Shown here: positions 24,965 through 38,475 of the stretch, one piece after another | Position numbering within the stretch: position 1 is the stretch's first letter | Layout of the letters: each line of letters begins with the position of its first letter | From: Elsinoe ampelina | Lineage: Eukaryota | DNA length: 64,000 nt | Assembly: GCA_010093995.1 (NCBI GenBank) | Contig: ML992507.1 | Coordinates: forward strand, 803,576 to 867,575 | Direction of reading: 5' to 3' | Position numbers and translations under genes: made by a program | The notes under the pieces: generated by a model | Told to the model about the DNA's origin: nothing | Databases searched by the model: none | The model's input: the letters and a program-made list of their open reading frames with translations, nothing else

Positions 24965-25834
24965 TCATGAGTAGCTCATCCCTCTCCCTTTGCCCGCTAG
25001 CGACCCTTGCGCCGCCTTCAACGCCTGATCGCATGCTTGAGGCAGGGCAGCTGCATCAGTGACGACGCTGATCATATGAAATCCTCTATCGGCATACTCC
25101 TTTGCTTGTTCACCAGAAGTACAGTAGATGCCAGTTCTCTTTCCAGCCTTCTTTGCAGACTCATGTATCTTCGAGATGGCAGCCTTGAGCTCATCATGCA
25201 TTGAGTCGATGATCGGATATCCGATGTTGTTGCCCAAGTCGAAGGGTCCAATCAGGAGTACATCTACACCAGGAACGTTTGCGATCTCGTCGACATTCTT
25301 TAGCGCTTCCTTGGTCTCGATTTGGACTACTGTGACGAGTCCTTGGTTGGCTTGCTGGTAGTATTCTGTTTGTCGAAGAGCGCCCTTCTGTGCCGTGTAG
25401 AATTTCTCCATCGAAAAAGGAGAGCCAAAGCCACGAGTGCCGTCAGGTGGGAATTTTGCACTACTGACAATTGCTCTTGCATCATCAGCAGTTTTGAGCA
25501 GCGGTACAATCACACCGTGAGCGCCAGAGTCGAGAGCTCTCTTCACCATCCATGCTTCGTTTGCGGCAACACGGACGATCGGAGACACACCACATGCGGC
25601 AATGGCGGCAACACATTCGTGCATGTTATCGTCCGAGATGTTTCCATGTTCTGTATCAACGCATATCCAATCGAAACCGGTGCGAGCTATTGCTCGACTA
25701 ACGTTTGTGCTGGGTAACATCTTGATGGGGTCAGCATAGGAGTGGACAATTTGGACAACTGAACGGACCTGCCACGCCCCGAACGTACTTCCTCCTTGTC
25801 TGAGGGCATTTTGGAATCGATTCGCTGCTTGCAT
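24965..25834 (-). CDS. HpcH/HpaI aldolase family protein
   Basis: GFDWICVDTEHG, KRALDSGAHG, KFPPDGTRGFG, QIET and LLIGPFDL. In-frame 48-nt intron at 25768-25721. Confidence 0.92.
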   Translation of the reverse strand: MQAANRFQNALRQGGSTFGAWQVRSVVQIVHSYADPIKMLPSTNVSRAIARTGFDWICVDTEHGNISDDNMHECVAAIAACGVSPIVRVAANEAWMVKRALDSGAHGVIVPLLKTADDARAIVSSAKFPPDGTRGFGSPFSMEKFYTAQKGALRQTEYYQQANQGLVTVVQIETKEALKNVDEIANVPGVDVLLIGPFDLGNNIGYPIIDSMHDELKAAISKIHESAKKAGKRTGIYCTSGEQAKEYADRGFHMISVVTDAAALPQACDQALKAAQGSLAGKGRGMSYS

Positions 25835-26057
25835 GCTGGTTTGTGACAATATTGCTGGACTGAATTGTCCTCAAAAGGTCAAGATATGTTTGGATAGAGG
25901 ATGAAGTGCGGTGCCCCGCAGCATGCCCCACCGCCGCATCGATCTGCATGGCTGGAACTGGACTTTCGCGCGAGTCTTTCGAGTTGTGAGAGTCGGCAAC
26001 TTGTGTTTGCATCTCAGCATAGAAAAAACAGGTCCAGTTGTAAAGTGCAGGACTCCA

Positions 26058-26448
26058 TCAGATTGCTGGCTTGAGCATGACTTTATCCAGGAGTTCCTCA
26101 ACCTGATCTTCGCGGAATCTGTGCATTAGCTTCAGGGCTTGGGTTGTCGTTTGGAACCTGTGGTTGTTCTCCTTTGTTTTATCGACATGGATCTGTCGAC
26201 CAGAGGTTAGATGAATCATACTTTTTGCAGCTCGTATGGGCATGACCTACCACTGGCGTATCAAACTCGTAGACGGCTTTCCACTTTGCCGCGGGAGCAG
26301 CCATGACATCAACGGTATCGAGCTCGTATGGTCGTTTCTCCCAGACCCTGTCCAATACTCGTTTGGCGTCGTCGCACAAGGAGCAATTGTCTCGGGTGAA
26401 GAGGGTGATGCGAGGGACGTATCGTCGTAAAGTCAATGTCGGCCTCAT
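26058..26448 (-). CDS. Glutaredoxin-like (DUF836-type) small protein
   Basis: ITLFTRDNCSLCDDAK (CxxC), then W...YEFDTPV joined to IHVD...KLMHRF across intron 26250-26193. Confidence 0.85.
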
Positions 26449-26832
26449 TTTGTTTCTGTTGTTTTCCTCGACCTCGACTGACAAGTCCGGCCTTGATGAT
26501 TGTTATGCCAGAGATCGACTGTTCTTATGGATGTTTTGCGGCAGAACAGCCCTGCAGGTGGTTGCATCGGCTGCCGAAAGCTCTCGAAACTTTGCGTCAT
26601 GGCTTCAGGTGTTTTTTCAATCGTGTGGGGTATCGACGACGGTTTGCTTTCTAGATCTCACGGCTCGTAAGGGCATCTGCAGCTGATCTTGCCAATCTCT
26701 CAATCGCATTGCATGAGACGGCATCTGCTGTGATCAAGCCACATTCGCATTCCCGCCACTGCTCGATCTGCGACCTGCCGTAAGCAACTAACCGGGCGAC
26801 CTCGACTCCAAACCCTCCGACCTGACGGAGAC

Positions 26833-27865
26833 ATGTCACAAAAATGTCTGCACAAAGGGTGCGGCAAGAAGTTCGACAAGGAGGATGAATCCGAGTGCGT
26901 ATATCATCCAGGGGTATGTCCAATGCCCTTCTTGTGCCATTGTCGAATGCTGACTATTCCCAGCCTCCAGTCTTCCACGAGGGGCAGAAAGGTATGGCCA
27001 ACATTTTTCGAGATACACTTTCATGCTAACACCACTAGGATGGAAATGCTGCAAACCTCGCGTCCTCACCTTTGACGAGTTCATGAGCATACCCCCTTGT
27101 ACCACAGGCACCCATTCAGCCATCGACAACACTCCCAAAGAACCACCCAAACCAGCCGGCGACATACCTGTCCAGTCCAAACCCTCCGAACCCGCGCTAC
27201 CAGCACCACAACCTCGCCTCCCTCAAACAGCCACCCCCACCCCCTCCAAACCATCCACCCCCGCCCCACCAGAAGACGAATCCGACGACCCCACGCTCCC
27301 TATCCCCCCGAATGCGACCTGCAAACGCCGCGGTTGCACCACCACCTACACCGGCGACCGCACCTCCGAAACCTGCGTACACCACCCGGGCCAAGCGCTT
27401 TTCCACGAAGGCTCCAAAGGGTGGACATGCTGCAAACGACGGGTCCTCGAATTCGACGAATTCCTAAAAATCACCGGCTGCAGCACCAAGTCACGACACT
27501 GTTTCGTGGGCAAGAAAAAGGAAGGCATCGAGGAACTCGACACTGTTCGGACGGATTTCTACCAGACTCCCTCGTCCGTAATCGCGAGCTTGTACCTCAA
27601 GAAGGTGCTGAGGGAGGAGTCGACGATACGATTTCGGGATGCGAGGACGGTGGAGTTGGATCTGAAGACGGCGGATAGTAAGAGGTATAAGAAGGATTTG
27701 GGATTGTATGCGGGGATTGATACGGAGAAGAGCTCGTGGAAGGTGTTGGGGACGAAGGTCGAGTTCAATCTGGTCAAGGCGGATGGGACAAGTTGGCCGG
27801 TGCTGAAGAGTGATGATAGGCATAATGGGGAGATTATACAAATGGGACGGGCGGGGAGGGCATGA
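26833..27865 (+). CDS. CHORD/CS-domain Hsp90 co-chaperone (CHORDC1/RAR1-like)
   Basis: Two CHORD domains ([28 protein letters not shown] and CKRRGC..CVHHPGQALFHEGSKGWTCC) plus a CS domain (RTDFYQT). Introns 26914-26963 and 26992-27038. Confidence 0.93.
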
Positions 27866-28217
27866 GGAACGGACACTGGGGATGGACTAAGTGCATGGCT
27901 GGGGCATGAGCGCATTACGATTGCCGGGCTCGAAGCATTGGACGTGGTAGACGAGTTGATGATACGAAGTGATGACGATGCATGGGGTTGGATGAGGCTG
28001 GCATACGGTGCATGCTGAAAGCGCATTCGCTTAGCAAGAAGGCTTTGACAGTCATACCACCAAATCGGCATGTTCTGTACTATGATATTGAAGATCTCTG
28101 CACTGCTATGAAACCTCCCGACGCCAGGGTATGCCGATTCCGCCAGCAAAGACGCTGCGTCATGTCGTAAAGTCCACATGCCTCCCTCATGCCCATCTTC
28201 TTGACCATTCACTTGTT

Positions 28218-28743
28218 TCAAGGATCACCGAAGTTCGTCCCCTCAGGCGGCTGCGGCAGCTTCTTGTGCGCTGGCGCCGCCATGAATCTTCTTATCTCGA
28301 TCAGTACCGTCTCCATCGTGTAATCTCTCTTCCATGTTGATATACTAGGCAGCTTGGTGAGGTCGACCTTGCCGTTGCGCGGGTCTACACAGGGGATGTT
28401 GACTTTCGAGATGAAAGTGACTTCGGGAGGCTTATCGGGGTAGTCTGGGCCGCAGTGGATGTTCAGCGAGTAGATGCGATTTTCGTGGACGGACTGGTGG
28501 GGGTCAGTGGTTGTGGCAGTGTGAAGAGGGGACGTCTCACGTGAGGTGGGCCGAGAATGGTGCCGTTCCAATTGCTCATGAGGAGGTCATCGCCTTGATC
28601 AAGGCCGTAGGAACATGCCTCTGTCCAAGTGTCAGTCTATCTGCTCAGGTCGTACGGGCAGTTGCCTTACCTGCTCCGAGACCTTTCTCGCCCTTTTCGA
28701 GCTCCTCGAGGAGACGAAAGTTGCGAGGGACTTTCGCTCCCAT
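28218..28743 (-). CDS. MMS2: Ubiquitin-conjugating enzyme variant Mms2/UEV1
   Basis: KVPRNFRLLEELEKGEKG, SNWNGTILGPPHSVHENRIYSL and KKLPQPPEG; two introns. Confidence 0.95.
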
Positions 28744-29064
28744 AGCTGATTCAGACCAGCCTGTGATTGCGAATGAGGTATGTGGTAAGACAGGGATTGG
28801 TGGGAGAATGTTGCGGTGAAAGTCGAAGCTAGTGATTGAGGGACAATGATGGTGGCATGTGGTGTGACGAGTCAGATCCAACCCCCACTGCGGAATGAGG
28901 CAGTCGCCAAGACATGGGCGCCGACCTCACTTGATGCCAGGTGGTACTCTTCAATGAAACGTGCCATTAATCCTTTAAAGAGTGCTTACGACAAATCCCC
29001 GATGGTACCATAGTATATTCCCGATCGACATCACAATGTTGATTGCGCGACTTGGGTCCACGAC

Positions 29065-32000
29065 ATGAGCGGTCAGATACTGGCAATCGAATTGACTGCC
29101 ATATCTCAGGAGGCGAAACGCAGATATGCAGACATCAGGACTGTGTGAGACCCTTTGCACGAGATGCGGTCTTTCGGAAATTGATCTTTGCAGGCCGCGG
29201 ACAAGTCTCTGCAGGAGCTCAAGAGTTTACCATCAACATCTGAGCAACAGCTAGCAGCAGATATCAGCCGTCGAGCATCTTTCATTGACCCCTTCGTTCA
29301 AGGAGCGGTCTCCAAGAATGCCAGACTAGCCAACAGCTCACTTGTCTGCCTTCAAAGGCTGATAGTCATCAAAGGCTTGCCACCATCTAGGCTGAAAGAT
29401 GTCCTGGAAGGCTTCAGTGCATCTACTTCGTTGAGCCTCGATATTCAGCTCAAGATCCTTCAAGCACTGCCAGGACTTGCTCAGAACTATTCTGAACATC
29501 TGACTGGGGATCTCCTTGCCGCAGCATTACGAGTTTGTGCCGCACTCCAAAATGTAAAGACCCTGACCGTCAGCGCTGTAGCTGCGGCGACCTTACAGCA
29601 GCTTGTGGTGTCGGTATTCGACAAAGTCGCTGCAGAAGATGCACAATCTCGCGGGTCCTCCGGATCTCAAGTGGCTCAGATCGACAGCGATGGTTCGACC
29701 ATTTCTTTACGGCAAGCTGCATTTGATGCATACCGGGTCCTGCTAGATATTGCCCTTGCATGTCAAGGCGAGAGGACGAACTTTCTGGAACTCAACAATT
29801 TCCCCTCGACTGTCGGGCTGGAATTGATCCATGCAGCTCTAACATCACATGCATCGATATTCTCCGGTCATTCCGAGCTTGTCAAGGTCCTCAAAGATCA
29901 GGTCGTACCGTTCCTCATTCGTCTGCTCTCCGACAGGCAAAGTTTCGGTATCACATTGCGTGCAATGAGGATCGCTCCTTTGATTGTTCAAAGACACGTC
30001 GTGCAGATGCCTGAGGAATGTGAGATTCTGTTAGGACTTTTGACACATCTGTTGGATCCAGATTCGTCGCCGCCATGGAAGCGAACTATGGTCATGGAAG
30101 TTTTCCGGATAATTTATGCCACTCCAGCACTAGTGATCCAACTATACATGCAGTACGACCAACGGGAAAGTAGCAAGGCAATCGTACGAGACAACATCTC
30201 AAGTTTCGTCAGACTCTCCACCGAGAAACCAGCACTTATAGGTCTGGGTCAACAATCGACTACACCAAGTCAGCCGGACAATGAAAACGAGAACGATGTG
30301 GACGTGGCATCTATCGAGGCTGCAGGTGGTATGGCAGGCATCATCTCCTCCACAGTGACCGAGTCGAACGCACCTGGGATGAGCACTCAGTGGAGCATGC
30401 CGAAAATCCAGATCCTGGATCTTCTCGACAAGAATGAGGCGCCCTCATTCCCGGAAACCTACATTTACACATTGACTTTGGAGTGCCTGAACAGTCTATC
30501 GGACAATCTTGCCAAGATTATTCTTCCTCTGACCATGTCTCAAGATGGTCCAAGTAAGCGGCGGACGAGGCAGCAGCAGACTAGCAAGGAGGAAAGCGAG
30601 CACGAGAGACCAGATGGTCCGCAGAGCAAAACAAGTGGACTCCAGCGATCGCGATCATATCGATCAAGTACCATGCCGATCAACCCTCTTACGCTCGACA
30701 AGATACCCGCTGCACCGAAAGTCAAGGCTATAGCAGCTCTACTCGAGGACTGCTGGCCTGCTCTTCTTGCTACAAGCTCCACATTCCTGTATTCTGCTCT
30801 GGATAACGACTATTACCGGGGCCTGATCAGGTCATTTCAGCGCTTCACGCAAGTTTCAGGACTACTTGACCTTGTGACTGCAAGAGACGCCTTCCTTACT
30901 ACTCTCGGTAAAGCTGCAGTACCACCGAATTTGACAAGTTCTCTGTCATACAGCGTTCCGCAAAGTCCCGGTGTCGGCAGCCCCGGCAATTTGTCAAAGA
31001 CTCTGCTCAGCGTGAACAATGCGCTGAGCGGTCAACCGCAGGGCGGTGCTGCAGGTGGGCGCCGTCCTTCGCATGAACCCGCTTCATTGGTGCTCACAAC
31101 GAGAAATCTGCTCTGTCTTCGAGCCCTGGTCAATCTAGCCATTGCTTTGGGACCAACCTTGAAGGACTCATTCGCCATCATTCTAGGCACTCTCCAACAT
31201 GCAGATTTATATCTCGATTACATGCAACAGAGTGGTTCTAGTGCTTCACTTGCACCGATCGGACATGAAATCGAGGCGGTCAAATCAGCATCAAAGCGAC
31301 TCATGGAAAGCACTTCCGACTATCCCAACGACTCTTTCAAGTATATGCTCGACATATTCTGCCAATCTATCGACGACGACGTTGCGAGCCACTCGGCAAT
31401 CCAGTCGCCAGTTCAGAGCAGGAAGACAAGCGTTGACATGAGCCGACGCCCGTCTAGCGTTGCCGCGGCATCCTCGGATTCTTTTCTGCGAACACCAGAT
31501 CGGTATATTCTGCTCTCCAAGACTGGCAGGCTTGCAGATACGAATATCTCGAGGTTCGCTAGCTACTCACCACATGAGAGTGGGTGGCAAAGGCTTTCCG
31601 AATGTCTCATCTCAGCAGCTACGGAGCGAAGTATCCCTCGCGAATCTCGTCTAGCTGCTGCAGACATTCACTGCAGATCGGTTGTCTCCATGGTCAAGAT
31701 CAGCGTGGTTGAGTCTATGGAAGACACCGAGAAGATTCAGCATCTTGCGTTGAGTTCACTGAAGCGTCTCGTAGAAGATCTGTTTGAACAAGATGTCAGA
31801 CCTACAGCCCTGGATGTGTCTATATACTGTCGAGCATTATATGCAATCCAAGCTGTACTCGAAGCATCTGGAGAAGTGCTTGTCACTGGCTGGGATACTC
31901 TCTTGTCTGTTATCGATATGGCCTTCAGCCGAACTGGTCAAGATGTCACAGACGACGAGCATTCGATCAAACTTCTCATTCCGGGAGCCAAAACCAATGG

Positions 32001-34359
32001 TAACAGCTCTACCCAAGACTTAGGCGATATCAATCTCATCGCCTTGGAAGCTGGCCGCATTGCTTTTGCCATCACACAGATCATCTGCTCCGACTTCCTG
32101 TCGTCATTGCAGCCCAGCCTAATCATCACGGTGTCAGACATACTCCACAAATTCGCAAAGCAAAGAGCTGAAGTGAACATGTCTTTGACAGCGATTACGC
32201 TCTTCGCAGACGTTTCGTCGTTCTTGCTCAAGGATAATGCCAAGTCTGCTTTGGAAAGTATCGCCTCTCCTCAATCAGATAAGGCGCCGCAGAAGATCTA
32301 CGAAGATCTACGAAAGACAGAGAAGGATTCACGGGCGGCACAATGGATTATTCTCCTTCATCAGCTGTCCGAGGTGGCCTCTGACGACCGAGGTGAGATT
32401 CGTAATGGCTCTTTTCAGATGCTGCTTCGAATCTTGCTTGATCAGTCGCTCGACCCACATGCATTCCAATTCGCCTTCACCAGTGTACTCCTCAAAGCTC
32501 TGGAGGACAACATGAAACGACAGACTGCGTCGACGAAACTTGGTGTGGATGGTAATAGTGCAGACCTCAATGCCTCAGCGACTGAGGCTTCGAGGGCGTT
32601 ATTGGAGGGTATTGCGAAATACCTCGGCCAGAATTTGGACACCTTCGAGAAGACAACGCAGTTTCTCGAGACTTGGGACAGACTGATGTCAATCATGAGA
32701 GGCTTCCTTAAGCTGCAAACTCACCACATCAATCAAGCTGTGTATGCTGCGCTTGCGACAGTGCTGGCAGCTCTGCCGGCAGCCAAGGATGACTGGCCGA
32801 GGGCGGTTGGTCAAGTTGGCTCTCTCTGGGGTTCTTGCTTCCCGGTAGCGAGTCAAAAGTCTAAAGAGAGCGGCCAGCAAGAAGCCTTCGTTTCTTACAT
32901 CGATTGCGCCGCGGAGCTCGCACGACTGACGTCCGCCGAAGTGACTGCATCCCAGATCGAGTCAATCGCAAGGAACGCAGTCCGCTGCGTCAAAGAGTCT
33001 CATTTGGAGAGGTTTGGTAGTGACGAGAATAGTACTACCCGCCTGCAGTCATCCACGTTGGTTCTACTCAAATCATTGAGGTCGGAAGTCGAAGATGCGG
33101 CACACATTCTCATTAGTGTGGCCGCAGAAGTTGTTCGGCTTCCATTCGAAGACAATGAGAAAGGGGCCGAAGTTGCGGTAAAACGACCAACCTTCGTGGC
33201 TGTATCAAAAGAGGCCACGGATTGGATGGTCGAGCTGTTTACAAAGCATGCGCAACAGCCGGAGCTTTACGAATCGTCATCTAGCAGCACTGCCATCGCT
33301 GCACTTACACTTCCCATCAAAATCAAGTACCACTTCTCAAAATCTGGCAAAGGCCTTCCACCATGGAAGAAGGCCACGAAGTCAGCACTATCGATATTAC
33401 CTCTCATACTGGCCCAAGTAAAAAGCACGGAGAAAGCAAGTCAGTCCGACATCTGGTCTGCCATCGTCCAGCTCTCCTCCGCAATCATTCACGGGGATTA
33501 TAGTCCTCTTCCGATTCCTTCCTCCTTCCCAGCAATCTGCCAAGTCGAGGAAGACGAGCAATTCGACGCCTTCTCCCTCCTTACTCTGCGCAGCATCATC
33601 CTTCCCCACCTCGGCGCCTCCACCATACCTGACAAGATTCGCGAACAATACTGCCACGCCCTCTTCTCCGCCTCCATCATCCACCCTCTCCGCCCAACAC
33701 AACGCCACCTCCTCACCCCTGCTGCCGACCCACTCACCACCTTACATGACCCCGTGCGACCACGGGTCCACAGCCCCGAGCCATCAAGAAGGGAAGACCT
33801 CGCCTACCTCTGCGCCGCCGAGCTGATCAGCATGGCCACCACGTCTCCCAAGGGGTTCGACTGGCACGAAAGCACCACTTTCACCGCACCTTACACGCCA
33901 GGCGACTATGGCGCACCGGGAAGCGAGGAGAAACGCAATCTCGCACGCGCAGCCCTCCCGTGGGTGCTGGCTAGAGTGGCGACTGTCTTGGGCGGGTACG
34001 TTGCGGACCAGCCTTTGAGGTCGCGGGGGTTGATGCAGATCAGTCTACGCGAGGAGATTTGTTGGCTGCTGAGGAGGGTGGGGGAGGTGAGGTGCGCTGT
34101 TGGTATCGAGTCGACCACTGGCCGGGATGGGGAGGGGCAAGGCGGATCTGGGGGGGAGAAGGATGCAGGTGAAGATGCCCGACTGGGGAGCGAGAAGGGG
34201 CCAAAGGGATTCGGAAAGGGAGACGGATTGGCGCATTTGAGAGCCTTGCATCCGCTTATCGTCAGGGCGGTGGGTGTGGCGGGTCATCCGCGGCATGGTA
34301 ACGAGGAGGTGCTGGCGGCGTTGATGGAGGTGTTGGATGTATCTGGCGGAGAGGCATGA
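29065..34359 (+). CDS. MON2: Endosomal/Golgi trafficking protein Mon2 (Sec7-family DCB/HUS HEAT-like)
   Basis: First exon MSGQILAIELTAISQEAKRRYADIRT, intron 29143-29193, then LDIQLKILQALP, LDLLDKNEAP, ARDAFLTTLGKAAVP and DDRGEIRNGSFQMLLRI. Confidence 0.9.
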
Positions 34360-34527
34360 TATCATGTGTTTAGAGATTTAAGAGAGAGAAAAGCACTTGG
34401 CGTTCAGCGTTCAGCATTCAGCAAGGTGTCCATCCGTCATTGTGCCCATACGTGACTGTATCCCCTCCCGTACTGACCCCTTGGACCCAACCCTGACCCA
34501 CCTCTCCAAACCATCCTTGGTAAAGAG

Positions 34528-36204
34528 TCAGTACTCCCACACCATCGCCCCCTTCGCTTCTCCCGCAAGCAAGATCATCACTTTCTTCCCCCCGAAACCC
34601 TGGACCCGCAGGGCAGCCCATGTCTTTTCCTTTTGAGCAAAGTTGATGAGGGTGATCAGCATTTTGTTGACCAGCGGGGAGGGGAGGAAAGCGTGGTAGT
34701 GGATCTTTTGCAGGGTCAGGGATTGAGGGGTCGGGGGTGGCTGGAGGGAGAGGGTGGAGGAAGCTTTGGCTGAGGTGTCTGGTTGCGGAAGAATGGAGGG
34801 CGGGACGGGGGGAGAGGAGGGGCCGGAGTCCATGGGTATGTCGCCGTCTTTATCCTCTGCTCTAGGGGAGCTTGGGTCGTGGTCCTGGACGTCGGGTATT
34901 ACTCGGTGGCTGGGGCTTCTAGTCTCCCCTCCACTTTCACGGCTGTCGTTATTGCTGGGCTTGGGTGGAGCGAGATAGCTCGTCAAATCTGGTACGGAGT
35001 ATCGGCTGAGAGTGGAGTCGCATTTGTCGCCTTGTTGTAGGCGGGGTGAAGGGAGCATTGCTAGTGATAGGCATTCTAGGAGCTCAGCAGCTTCGGGCTG
35101 ATCGTCTGGTGAAAGAGTGGTGGGGAAGCTTGGGACGAGAGTGTGTGGCAAACAGAGCAAATCTGGTTCGATGGGAAAGAGTAGAGGGTGGTGTGCTTCG
35201 AGAGGTTGTGGACCTTCTTCGCTTGGTGAAGGAGTTTCAAATTTGTCGTCACCGTCGATTTTGTTGGGATACGTGGTCATATCTGGGAGGTCCGGTGCTG
35301 CAACTGAGCCAGTGTCTTTCGTGGCCTGAGCAGGCTCGGATGGCTTGAGCGGTCCAGAGACCTTCTGCCGCTTCGCAGGACGGGCACTAAGATCGAGGCT
35401 CGCATCGTTGAAGTCATAGAAAAGCCACGTCTTTGTCTCTGTCAGAGCGTGGGTAAAGGCGTAGACGATTCGATTGAAGAGAGGTCGGCCGCGGACCATG
35501 GATGGAAGACGCAGGTTGAGGTCGATCGCTGTTCTCATTAGACGCCATGTCACTGGATCTTCGAGGGGAATCATATATCGCAATCATGGAGATTGACCAC
35601 ATACCATATCGTGCCTTGGAGTGCTTCCGCCCAGGTGTGGCAATTGGCTGCCCAACCAAGCCAGCTCGTTCATATGTGGGCTTGTCGAGTTCTAGATGCA
35701 GTATTCCATCATGTAGAGAGTACAGATTGTCGACACCTGAAATGCCTTCGGAGAGCAATAGTATATTGCCTGGTGTTCAGTCAGCTCCTGCGGGAGGTAC
35801 GAGCGTTATAGGTAGATTTGTAGTCCGTTTTCAATTGGTAGAGAATGATCGTGGAATGGGTACGCACCAGTCTTGATATACTGATTGAAGAACTCCCCTT
35901 CGATCAAGTCCTTTAGCTTGAGATATACTCGTGCATATCGCTGCCCACCAATCGTCTTCCGCAACTTCTCGGCGAAATTTGCATGGTCTGGGTCAGTTAC
36001 GAGGAAATCTACCTGCAATCTAGTCAGTGAACAGACTGCGATCTACGTGATTTGACACACTGTGTGGTGGAAAGGACTGTCGAGAATGGACGAGAACGGC
36101 TTTTTCTTGGTCGGTGGCTGCTTGTCGTCTATCGTCTGCGGTAGCAGGATATGCGAGAACAGGCACTTTGGCACTGGGCCTGTGTCTTTGCCGATGTCTA
36201 GCAT
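34528..36204 (-). CDS. RNase P/MRP 40-kDa subunit-like protein
   Basis: Spliced exons give LIEGEFFNQYIKTG, MLSEG, GILHLELDKPTYERAGLVG, IDLNLRLPSMVRG and C-terminal WAALRVQGF...MVWEY, resembling fungal Rpp40. Confidence 0.8.
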
Positions 36205-36551
36205 TGCTTGTTGGGTCTATATCATAAATAGAAAAATTCTGAGATGGCCGTCATTGTGTTCACTGTGGCAGGCGGCGTCAAAAGAACGAATGGAAATATA
36301 TAATCTTGTTGGCGTTCTTGACTTCACACTGCAACGCCACCACGAGGTACAGCAACTTGTAGGCACATCAAAGATTTGAAACGGATCGTTCACACTACAT
36401 TCAGAGCAACTAGTGAGACACTCAGATGAACCTGACACAAGGTATATTATCAATTAGTGTTATCATCTCATTCTCATCACAATCCTCAAAAGACTTGGTA
36501 TCTCGCGCCATACGCCATGCAAATGAGAACAATCTCGTCAATACCACCCGC

Positions 36552-38475
36552 TTAATCCTGCTTCTCCAAATCACCCTCGCTACTGCCTGAGCTGCCATGC
36601 GCCCCCGGTACGTTACTAGCAGCCATGGCAAGCGGGAACGTGGGAGCGAACTTGCTCTTCTCCCTGATCTTCCCACCACGAAGGTAGAAGTAGACGGGCA
36701 CGGGCGCGAAGACAAGAGCGACGCAGCCGAGGAGAGTACCTGCCCATTGGATGCCCATGCCGTTGATCATCTGGCGTGCGAAGAGAGGGAATACGGCGCC
36801 GAAGAGGGAGCGGAGGAAGGTATTGGCGGCGATTGCAGAGGCGGCACTGGACGATGTTAGCGAAATTCAGAGGACCAGGGGCGGGTGCTACTTACAACAT
36901 GAGATAAGCATCAATCAGATAGTTGAGGCATTGGAGGAAAATGCACATAATGCCGAAGCCTGTGCAGAGACCGGACAGTGTTGGGACGATCCAGTGAATA
37001 TCTCTAGTGAAGCCCGTCCAACCGAGCCAGAAGATGCCTATGGCAAAGACAACACCGCCTACGATGACGGGTGGCAATCTCCACTCGGGAATAGGCATAT
37101 TCTTGTTGGCTGCAAGCTTCTTATTATATCCTGGCTGAAGAATGATGATGAAGATGGCGCTGAGAACTTCGCCGAGAATCATTCCAAAGTATGGCAGCCC
37201 TCCTACACCTTGATTCATTCCGTGGACCTGCTGGAAGACGATGGGGTAAAAAGTAAGCATCAGATATAGGAGACCGTAGACGAATGCCATGTAGATGGAG
37301 ATGAGGAGCACGATAGGCTCAGTGAAGAGCATGCGCATGGGTCGGGACAAGTTCTTCTCGAGGAGCTCGCGCAGATCGACCTCAATTTCCTCCTGCTTGG
37401 CGTGGATACCCCAGTTCTTGGTTCTGCGGCGAAGTTCTGAAGCCTTGTTGACGAGGATGATGGGTGGGTAAGTCTCTTCCATCAAGACGAGCAGTAGGAA
37501 TAGACCGAAGAAGCCCATGATGGCCGTAATGTACTCGGTCCATCTCCAGCCAAGGTAAGACATGTTGATGAAGCCTCCGATGAAGGGTGCAAGAAGGGGA
37601 CCAGAGAAGACGGCGACGGAGAAGACCGTGACAGCTATGCCACGTTCTTTGTTGTTGTACATGTCTGCAAAGACGGCTCCCACCAGAGTGAGTGGAGCCG
37701 CACCGAAGAAACCGGCGAAGAATCTGCAAATGAATACCGTTTGAGCATCTTTGCCGACAGCCACAGCGACATTGAAAATGCCGAAACCGAAGGAACTAAT
37801 AATCAGCGGTGTCTTACGGCCGTACAATTCCGAGAATGGTGCCCATAGGATCGGTCCAGTGGCAAATCCGAGAACGTAGAGGGAGACACCTAGTGTGCCA
37901 ACCTCTGTCGAGAGTCCAAATTCTGATCCGATGGAGAAGATGGCTGCTGAGAAGATGGAACTACCGAAGGCAGCGCACAGTGTGACATAGCCCAGAGCAA
38001 CCGCAATACGGAGCTTCTTTGCGTTGGGCCAATTTTGCGCGTGCATTGGATCATCCGGTCCATCGAACTCGACGACGTACTCCTCTCGTTCTGGAAGTGG
38101 AGGCGGGTAGGGCTTGCCAGCACCGAAGTTTGGGAGAGGTTTCGACTGACGGGATGTGGTTCTCGCCTTGAGGGTAGCTCCGACTGTGGCACTGTGTTGG
38201 CTACGGTGCGTCTCTATCCGACTCAAAGCCGTCGGGTGCCGTTCGAGACCAAAGACTTCATCCTTTTGTGTGGGCATCCTCGACATTGTTCCTATCTCTT
38301 GCATACGGACAGAGCCGGCCGAGCTGCTGGAGCTTACCGAGGCGGCATCTGCGGCTTCTTGTGCTTCTGTCTCTACCCTCTCGATTGGTTCGGATTCTTC
38401 AACCTGCTCGCGAGGGAACCTCTCAGGCGAGGCATCGCGTTCTGCACGCGCCATTGCGCGATCCTCCTTGTTCAT
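36552..38475 (-). CDS. MFS drug:H+ antiporter, DHA1 family (Tpo/Flu1-like)
   Basis: [39 protein letters not shown] and PEWRLPP. Intron 36895-36847 joins YLIDAYLM to [14 protein letters not shown]. Confidence 0.93.
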
